Shown here piece after piece: positions 1-7,600 of a stretch of 64,000 nucleotides of DNA. The DNA comes from an uncultured Bacteroidota bacterium. Lineage in GTDB: Bacteria > Bacteroidota > Bacteroidia > UKL13-3. Made by a program: the position numbers and the translations under genes. The DNA lies in assembly GCA_903910445.1 (NCBI GenBank), contig CAIVZR010000014.1, positions 48,432-112,431 on the forward strand, read 5' to 3'. The notes beneath the pieces are model-generated. The model had not been told where the DNA came from. It did not search any database and worked only from the letters and a program-made list of their open reading frames with translations. The stretch's first letter is position 1. Each line of letters opens with the position of its first letter.

Positions 1-943
1 ACCACAAACAATACTAGCTCAAAAATTAGCCTCACTCCTACCCGATTCATTGAATTGTAGTTATTTTGTGAATAGTGGTGCAGAAGCCATTGAGGGAGCA
101 TTAAAATTAGCCAAAAGAATTACAGGCCGTACTGAATTAATTTCCTTTGAAGATGCTTACCATGGCAGTACACATGGTGCTTTGAGTATAATGGGCAATG
201 AAACATATAAGCAAGCTTATCGCCCCTTATTGCCAGATACCCGAATCATACGCTATCTTGACGAAAGTGATTTTGACAAGATAACTGATCGAACTGCAGC
301 GGTAATAGTTGAAACTGTTCGTGGAGAATCGGGTGCGCAAATACCAAATAAAAACTATTTGAATAATTTACAAGCACATTGTAAGGCAGTGGGTGCATTA
401 CTCATTTTTGATGAAATTCAATGCGGTATGGGACGCACAGGTAAGATGTTTGCCTTTGAGCACTATGATGTCATTCCTGATATTCTGGTGCTTGCCAAAG
501 GGCTTGGTGGAGGCATGCCAATTGGGGCATTCATTTCGAGTTATGCCAACATGCAGGTGTTCACAAATCAACCTATTTTGGGGCATATCACCACTTTTGG
601 CGGGCACCCAGTGAATTGTGCGGCTGCAATGGCTTGCATTGAAACGATTCAATCCGAAAATTTAATTGCCAAGGTAACTGAAAAGGAAGAAATCATAAAA
701 TCGATGATGAGACATCAGAAGATTCTTGGAATTAGTGGCAAGGGAATGATGTGGGCGATTGAGTTTAAAGACTTTGAACAGAACAAACGAATTATAGATC
801 GTTGTATTAGTATGGGTGTGATTACCGATTGGTTTTTATTCGCACCACATAAATTACGAATTGCACCACCGCTTACAATAAATAATCAAGAACTTAGTAA
901 AGCGCTTCAAATAATACTTGATTGTATTGATTTGGAAGCATAA
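1..943 (+). CDS. Class III (acetylornithine/ornithine-type) PLP-dependent aminotransferase, 5'-partial (continues upstream of window)
   Basis: The reading frame is open from position 2 (PQTILAQKLASLLPDSLNCSYFVNSGAEAIEGALKLAKR...). The motifs FVNSGAEA, LIFDEIQCGMGRTGK and TFGGHP match the class III aminotransferase fold. The ORF-track start at 50 is a TTG inside the gene. Confidence 0.8.
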   Translation, partial: PQTILAQKLASLLPDSLNCSYFVNSGAEAIEGALKLAKRITGRTELISFEDAYHGSTHGALSIMGNETYKQAYRPLLPDTRIIRYLDESDFDKITDRTAAVIVETVRGESGAQIPNKNYLNNLQAHCKAVGALLIFDEIQCGMGRTGKMFAFEHYDVIPDILVLAKGLGGGMPIGAFISSYANMQVFTNQPILGHITTFGGHPVNCAAAMACIETIQSENLIAKVTEKEEIIKSMMRHQKILGISGKGMMWAIEFKDFEQNKRIIDRCISMGVITDWFLFAPHKLRIAPPLTINNQELSKALQIILDCIDLEA

Positions 944-958
944 ACGAATATTCAAATT

Positions 959-1309
959 ATGAAAACAGATATCTTAAATGAAAATGACCTCAAAAATTTA
1001 GTCGATCTTTTTTATGGTCTTGTACTAAAAGATGAAGACTTAAAACCGTTTTTTCGGAAAATTAATTTTGAAACTCACATTCCAAAAATGGTACAATTTT
1101 GGAGTTTTGCCATTTTCGAAACCCCAGGATATACCACCAATCTTTTTCAAGTACATCAGCATATGCCACTAAGGAAAGAACAGTTTAGTGCTTGGCTGGC
1201 TCTTTTTAATCAAACAATTGATGAATTATTTGAGGGGCCGAATGCCCTCAAAGCGAAGCAGAGAGCCATGGTTATTGCGCTAGGGATGGAAAGTAAAATC
1301 GTAAGTTAA
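959..1309 (+). CDS. Globin-family protein, truncated-hemoglobin-like (group III-like)
   Basis: 116 aa, about the size of a truncated hemoglobin, with weak recognition of 2/2-globin-like helices (FFRKINFETHIPKMVQFWSFAIFETPGYT...VHQHMPL). It starts 15 bp after the aminotransferase stop and has an ATG start. Confidence 0.5.
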   Translation: MKTDILNENDLKNLVDLFYGLVLKDEDLKPFFRKINFETHIPKMVQFWSFAIFETPGYTTNLFQVHQHMPLRKEQFSAWLALFNQTIDELFEGPNALKAKQRAMVIALGMESKIVS

Positions 1310-1365
1310 AATATTTTTCTAATTAGGTGCTTTTGCTATCTTGCGACCTTTAACTCCGCGTCGAC

Positions 1366-3822
1366 ATGAGAAAGTACATCTACATTATTTGCATGCTATT
1401 GCTTGCAACCAACATTAAAGCTCAAAATTATTTAGGCTTAGTAAATAATAATTATGGCGCATTTAATAGTGTATTGTTTAACCCTGCAATGGGCAATAAA
1501 ACATTTATTGCAGTAAATCTCGCAACCTTTGATTTAAACGTTTACAACAACTATTTAGGGTTTAAAAATTTTCATGCAGTAAAAGCAATTCGTGATACAA
1601 ATTATTTTAACAGCCCGAATGGTTTTAACATCGATAGGGATGCCGTTGAATCAATAAATGGAAAAGATAAATATGCCACCATATCAGCGGATGTACGTGG
1701 ACCTAGCATTTTAGTTGGGATTGGTAAATTCCAAGTTGGATACATGTGGAATCGTACTCGCTTCGGCTTTCAATTCAGTGGTATTGACGAAAAACTAGCC
1801 CGAAATCTTTATTATATAGGCAAGTCAACGGTGATTGACGCCGCCAATTTACGTTTCACCGACAATCGATTCACTTTGAATATGAATGCATGGACTGAAT
1901 CAGGTATTACTGGTGCTTATGCCATAAAGGATGATAAAGAATCGATGTTGAGAGTTGGAATTACAGTTAAATCACTGAATGGATTAGGTGCAATGTATAT
2001 AAACAATAAAGGCACTACCTTCAAATTTTTCAAACACGCCTCTGATTTAGATAGTTCACTTTATGCCAATTTCGATTTAGAAGCTGGATTTACCAATGAA
2101 TTTAGCTATTCCGATAACCCACCTACTTCAAATCAGCTGGATACTTTCACAAGGGATAATTACAATGTGAACACGCAACTTGTAATTAATAACATGATAA
2201 AACAGCAAAAACGTTTAGGAAAAGGAGTGGGTATTGATTTGGGTTTTGTGTATGAAAAACGAATTGGCAAAAAAAATAGTTACAAGTATCGCGCGGCGAT
2301 TTCATTGGTTGATATTGGGGCTATTAAATACAACAACCTGCAATCGAGCTATGTAACACACTACAAGGGCGATCAAGAAGTGATTATTACTGAAGGACCA
2401 AGAGGGCATAATTCACGTCAATATGATACTGCAATCGCCAATCGATTGGGTGTTGCACCGGGGGCTTTCAAAGCCTTTAGCATGGCCTTACCTACTTCAC
2501 TTAATATTAGCTTTGATTATCGTGTAATACCTCACGTATTTGTGAATGCTACGTTGATTCAAAGTGTAAGAAGCAAGTATGCACAGGGAATTAGAACCTT
2601 TTCTTCTCTTAGTGTATCTCCACGCTTTGAATCAAGATGGTTTAGTGCTACCATGCCATTTGTATTGAACGATGGTTATTCTAAACCTAATATTGGAATC
2701 TGTGTTTCCGTTTTGAATTCAATTTATGTAGGAAGTGATAATTTAGGCGGTGCATTTGGAATTGGCACTATCAAAGGAATGGATGTATACGCTGGAGCAT
2801 CTGTAAATATCTACAAGCATAAGAAAAAGAAAAAAGTAAAAACTGAAAAAGCCACCAAGGTAAAAGATACTGATAAAGATGGGGTATATGATGATACTGA
2901 TGAATGTCCAGATGTAAAAGGATTGGCTAGTTTAAAAGGTTGCCCTGATAAGGATGGAGATGGCTTTGCAGACAAGGATGACGAGTGTGTTGATATACCG
3001 GGAACCTTGCGTGGATGCCCTGATACTGATGGTGACGGAGTTGCCGATAAAGATGATAAATGTCCAACGGAAGTTGGGACTAAAGCTACAAAAGGCTGCC
3101 CTGATACTGATGGTGATGGGTTTGCGAATATTGATGATGCATGTCCAGATATTAAGGGAAGCGTTGCATTGAAAGGATGCCCCGATACTGATGGAGATGG
3201 TGTAGCGGATAAGGACGATGCTTGCCCTACCATACCTGGTAAACTCAATGGCTGCCCTGATAAAGATGGAGATGGTGTTGCTGATAAGGACGACAAATGT
3301 CCAGATGTAGCTGGTACTCCAGAAATGAAAGGCTGTCCTGATACTGATGGTGACGGAGTGAATGACGCTGATGACCAATGCCCATTGGTGAAAGGATTGG
3401 CTGCAAATTTTGGATGCCCTGCAAAAGAAAAGGATGTTGTAAAAGTTGAAAAAGTTGATTTGAGTGCAGCGGATAAACAAACTTTGGAAGAGGCATTTAA
3501 AAATCTAGAATTTGCTAGCGCGAAAAGTGATATTAAAGAAGAAAGCAAGGCTGATTTGGATAAAATTATTGAAATCATGCAACGCAATCCAAGCTACCGA
3601 TTACTCATTGTGGGTCATACTGATAATGCAGGAAGTGCCGCTTTCAATAAATCGTTAAGTTTAAACCGAGCCAATGCTGTAAAGGCATACATGGTAAGTA
3701 AAGGAATTGCCGCTGATAAATTTATCACCAAAGGGTATGGGCCTGACAGACCCGTTGCGGATAATACTACTGATGAAGGCAAGCAAAAAAATCGTCGCGT
3801 GGAAATGACTATTGTAAAATAA
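1366..3822 (+). CDS. OmpA-family outer membrane protein with N-terminal beta-barrel-like domain, lysine-rich linker, about 8 thrombospondin type-3 (TSP3) Ca-binding repeats and C-terminal OmpA peptidoglycan-binding domain
   Basis: It has a signal peptide (MRKYIYIICMLLLATNIKAQ). The unit GCPDTDGDGVADKDDxCP is repeated, matching the TSP3 DxDxDGxxDxxDxC pattern. The C-terminus (RLLIVGHTDNAGSAAFNKSLSLNRANAVKAYMV...NRRVEMTIV) is an OmpA-like domain. Confidence 0.8.
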   Translation: MRKYIYIICMLLLATNIKAQNYLGLVNNNYGAFNSVLFNPAMGNKTFIAVNLATFDLNVYNNYLGFKNFHAVKAIRDTNYFNSPNGFNIDRDAVESINGKDKYATISADVRGPSILVGIGKFQVGYMWNRTRFGFQFSGIDEKLARNLYYIGKSTVIDAANLRFTDNRFTLNMNAWTESGITGAYAIKDDKESMLRVGITVKSLNGLGAMYINNKGTTFKFFKHASDLDSSLYANFDLEAGFTNEFSYSDNPPTSNQLDTFTRDNYNVNTQLVINNMIKQQKRLGKGVGIDLGFVYEKRIGKKNSYKYRAAISLVDIGAIKYNNLQSSYVTHYKGDQEVIITEGPRGHNSRQYDTAIANRLGVAPGAFKAFSMALPTSLNISFDYRVIPHVFVNATLIQSVRSKYAQGIRTFSSLSVSPRFESRWFSATMPFVLNDGYSKPNIGICVSVLNSIYVGSDNLGGAFGIGTIKGMDVYAGASVNIYKHKKKKKVKTEKATKVKDTDKDGVYDDTDECPDVKGLASLKGCPDKDGDGFADKDDECVDIPGTLRGCPDTDGDGVADKDDKCPTEVGTKATKGCPDTDGDGFANIDDACPDIKGSVALKGCPDTDGDGVADKDDACPTIPGKLNGCPDKDGDGVADKDDKCPDVAGTPEMKGCPDTDGDGVNDADDQCPLVKGLAANFGCPAKEKDVVKVEKVDLSAADKQTLEEAFKNLEFASAKSDIKEESKADLDKIIEIMQRNPSYRLLIVGHTDNAGSAAFNKSLSLNRANAVKAYMVSKGIAADKFITKGYGPDRPVADNTTDEGKQKNRRVEMTIVK
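2860..3410 (+). repeat. In-frame tandem DNA repeats encoding the TSP3 units of the OmpA-family protein
   Basis: Near-identical ~60-66 nt units (tgccctgatactgatggtgacgg...gataaagatga...tgtcc) recur about 8 times. They also create the spurious Ser/Pro-rich antisense ORFs in the ORF track. Confidence 0.7.
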
Positions 3823-3856
3823 GTCATTGCTTTTCGAAGGTTCAATTTTGTAAGAT

Positions 3857-4470
3857 ATGAACTCAAATAGCAGCGCAATTGATGCCGATATTTTGAAGGC
3901 CATTGATTTTGCGAAACCAATACTTGAATCGCTGCGGAAAAGTGTACATAGGTATACCCCGAGGTTGAAGAAACCTTAAAATAGGGTTTCCTTCATTTCT
4001 TATATCAAGGTCAAATACTTTGCAGTATGGTCTCTTTCAAAAATCACCGTGCGTTTACTTTTTGGAAAGCCTCGTTATTGCACGATCACGAAAATACCTT
4101 GCATATTGGAAAAGACAGAAGTGGGATTGGGCATCTGGGCAAAATAGAAAAACGTTCAGACTTGCCTTCACTAATGACCCTCTCGAATTATAGTAACCAG
4201 GTCAAATAGTTAATTGATGAGGAGGCTAAACTCGAAAGAAATAAGGCGGAAAGAAATCGTGTATTGGCAATTACAAATGAAATTTCTGTTGCCTTCAAAG
4301 GTTCTCCTCATGCCCCTAAGTATTTTATTAAACTTTCCTATTCACATCAAAAAGAATATATCAATTGGATAAAAGAAGTCAAAACAGAACAAACAAAACA
4401 GAAAAGACGGAAGCAATCAGTTGAATGGCATATCGAAGGAAAATCAAGGAACTGGAAATATAAAGGCTAA
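3857..4470 (+). pseudogene. Disrupted YdeI/OmpD-associated family gene (DUF1801-like N-terminal part plus OmpdA-like C-terminal part split over three frames/stops)
   Basis: Three fragments: (1) 3857-3982 MNSNSSAIDADILKAIDFAKPILESLRK... (2) 4027-4209 ...HRAFTFWKASLLHDHENTLHIGKD... resembles the central 'FFKGALLxDPxGxL' segment. (3) 4264-4470 ISVAFKGSPHAPKYFIKLSYSHQKEYINWIKEVKTEQTKQKRRKQSVEWHIEG matches the YdeI C-terminal 'yiewixxAKkeeTRqKRI' signature. Fragment (1) is in a different frame from the other two. Fragments (2) and (3) are in the same frame but separated by an in-frame TAG at 4207-4209, and fragment (3) begins at a TTG. Confidence 0.4.
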
Positions 4471-4584
4471 TGACCCAAGGGCAAAAGGCCCCAATTCGCA
4501 TTTTAATGGCTTTCAGGCCAATCAAATCACATTCCACCTACTGGCTTGCAGATTCTTCTCGAGTGGCTTTAAAGCAGCCTTATA

Positions 4585-4624
4585 ATAAAAAATGCCAGCA
4601 ATCAATATTACTGGCATTTTTTAT
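4585..4624. terminator. Bidirectional rho-independent terminator between convergent genes
   Basis: aaaaaATGCCAGcaatcaatattaCTGGCATtttttt: a 7-bp stem flanked by an A-run and a T-run, lying 15 bp beyond the stop of the 1922-aa minus-strand gene. Confidence 0.5.
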
Positions 4625-4638
4625 TATTAAGAATTAGA

Positions 4639-7600
4639 TTATTCCTTAATGATTTTTTGAGTTATTGTTCCTTGACTATTTGAAATATTGAGTAAGTAAA
4701 TTCCAGCAGCATAATCACTGAGATTAATCTGAAATTCCTTTGTCAAAATTTGATCATCAAGTGTTACAAGTGTTTTACCTTGAATATCAGTAAGTGTTAT
4801 CATTACCTTCGATAGTTCATTAAATTGTAGTTTTAGGTTAACTATATCATGAGTTGGATTTGGGGTGATGGAAAATGAATTTAGCCCTAAATTAGTTTGT
4901 ATTCCGGCTGGAGGATTTACATTCACTATTCGCTGAACGGTCACCGCTTTGTTGTTACTTCCATCAGTTACATCATAAAGCAAGGTGTATTGACCCAAAA
5001 CATTGGGAAGCACAGTACCTGTAATTATCGGAATAAGCCCCTTGTAATAATTGTCAGTAACGGTTGCTCCGGCTTCCGTATAAGTTCCTCCTCTAACAAT
5101 ATTTACGATGGCTGATCCCAATAAAGTAATAATTGGTTTAGTAGTATCTCTTACAATAACCTTTCTGAATTTGATTTGAATATTACCTGCAAGGTCGGTT
5201 ATTTGGTAGGTGATGGTATAACTGCCTACTGTTGCCGTGTCGACAAAACCAGCAATAATTATTTTATTTGTTACATTTCCATCAACCAAATCGCTGGCTG
5301 TGGCGCCCAATTCAATATAGGGGAAGTGAACTTCAACAAAAATTGTATCCGCACCAAGCAATGTAATTGTAGGCGCAGTTTTATCAACTGTAACTTTCAC
5401 TGCTCGTACCTTTTGAATTGCAGCATTTCCGCTACTATCTTTTACGTTATAAAACAAGGAATAAACGCCTAGCACATTGGTATTTACTGTCCCGGTTTTA
5501 ACAATATTAGCCGTGATATTACCATTTACATTATCTAATGCGGTAGCGCCCGGATCGGTATAGGTATGGCCAATTTCAACACTATCTGGATTATTACCAA
5601 GAAGGGTAATGACAGGAGGGGTTCGGTCGGTAATAATCATCACCCCATAATCTTCTACTTCTCCATTGGCCATGGCACTGCAACCATCGGCAACAGCAGT
5701 GGTTCCAAAATAGGCTGCGAAGCGAATTTTAGTATACCCTGGCAAAGCTGTATTCGGCACAGTGATATTGCCTGAGATCAAGTTTGCCGTTGAATTTAAA
5801 ACCTGTCCAACACGTTCGCTAGCAGAAAAAATTCCATCTTGATTTGCATCCAACCAGATACTCCATGATTGAGCAATGGCGGTAGCTAATCGTTCGGAAG
5901 CTATAAAGTTGCCACTTGAACCTTTTTCAAGTTGGGTGATATATGTTTGCGAGTAGTCGTGATATCCATAGGTTTGGGTAGAGGTATGATTCATCAATCC
6001 TACTTGAACACGATAGATTCCAATTCCGGTTTGACCCGAATTAAATGAAGGAGCACATAATGAATGGACATTGATAAATGCAGTCTTTGTAATTGCATCG
6101 GTGCCAAATGAATTCGTAGCAGAAAGTGAAACATTATAGCTACCTGTAGCATTAAATACCACGCGAACTAACCCATTAGAAAGCGAACTGTTTAACAAGG
6201 TATATGTTGCTGGACTTATACTCCAACTAAATGTAGATGCGCCATACTTCGACAAATCGAAAAGTATAACAGTATCGTTTGTTGCGGGGTTTCTAATATT
6301 AGCATCGAAATTGGCAACTGGTTTTTGCGTAGCATTTAGTATAATTACTTTCTTGGTAGCCGATTGTGTTCCACATGTTAAATCATAGAGAACTCCCGAA
6401 TAGGTTCCTGGGCTCGTAAATTTATGTGAAAATATTGTTCCGTTACTGATGGTATCAATCAATCCATTTCCGTCAAAATCATAAGAATAATAGGCATTAG
6501 GAAGTGCGTTGTTTCTAAACACATGGCTTGCATTGACGTATCCTGTATCGGCGGCACTCAATTCTAATTTTGTATTTGTAGAATCTTTATCATAAGCAAT
6601 CCAGTCGGCTTCAAAACCCGCAGCATTGAGCGAAGCATTGGTTCTTTCCAAAATATAGAAACTACCGCTATAAGAGGTAAGTACTCCAGGGCTATTGGCA
6701 CCTGAAAATCCAGCACCGCTAAACAATGGGATACCACTAATGGAGTCAATTCCATCATACACTCTTAGATAATCGCCATTGGCAAAATTGAATGACTTAA
6801 AACTCATTACAATTTTAGATACACAAGGAATACTAATTACGAAATCACAATTCTCACTTGCGCTATAATTGCCAATATTATCTCCACTATCAAAAATCTT
6901 CCCTTGCTTGGTATTGCTTGTATTGATTGGGAAGCACATGGTGGCACGGTCTTTCACGAAGATATACGCTGTCTTGCAATATTTAACACTACTTCCAATT
7001 ATATTAGTACTCGTTAGGCAGATGGTGTAATATCCTGGTTCGTAGAATAAAATATTTGGAGCCATCATGGTATCGTTTGTTCCATTAGAAAAAACAAATC
7101 CTTGAGCAAATCCTGTTGCATCCTGTGTTAACTCCCACTTCCATCTGGTGGCTCCATATTGAGAAAGATCGGTTAAAATAATTTCATCATTTAAGTCAAG
7201 AACAACTTTATTGGCAGCGAAATTCGCTTCGGGAACACGAGTAGGTGCCACTATTTTTATAAGGAAATATCCAGTATCGGCTCCAATACAATTCTTTGCA
7301 ATTAAACGAATCATAAAATTACCGGTGATGGTGAATCTAAACGATGCGTCTTTGGTTGTACTATCACTTACACCATCCCCATTTACATCCCAGCTATATA
7401 CATTTCCTGCACCAGTAGTTAAATTCTTATATCGCATAATGCTATTCACATATCCAATGGTATCAGTTAAAATACTAACCTTCGGTTTCACATTATCATC
7501 AGCAATCCATTGTGCAACAAAGCCACTATCAGTACCTGCTAAATTAGTTTGCATTTTAATAAAGATAGCACCACTGTATGCGAATAATGTATCAGGAATT

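Noticed and set aside
2811-3587. Antisense ORFs of 258, 182 and 83 aa inside the OmpA/TSP3 gene
   Set aside because: They are low-complexity Ser/Pro/Ile-rich translations created by the opposite strand of the in-frame TSP3 DNA repeats, with no start context or domain. They are artefacts of the repeat.
4261-4284. A 21-nt near-identical string (attggcaatNacaaatgaaat) shared between 4261-4284 and 11213-11236. It makes two unrelated ORFs both start 'MAITNEI'.
   Set aside because: Only about 20 nt match, with no extended flanking similarity. The expected number of such matches in 64 kb of AT-rich DNA is near 1. It is treated as chance, not a repeat element.
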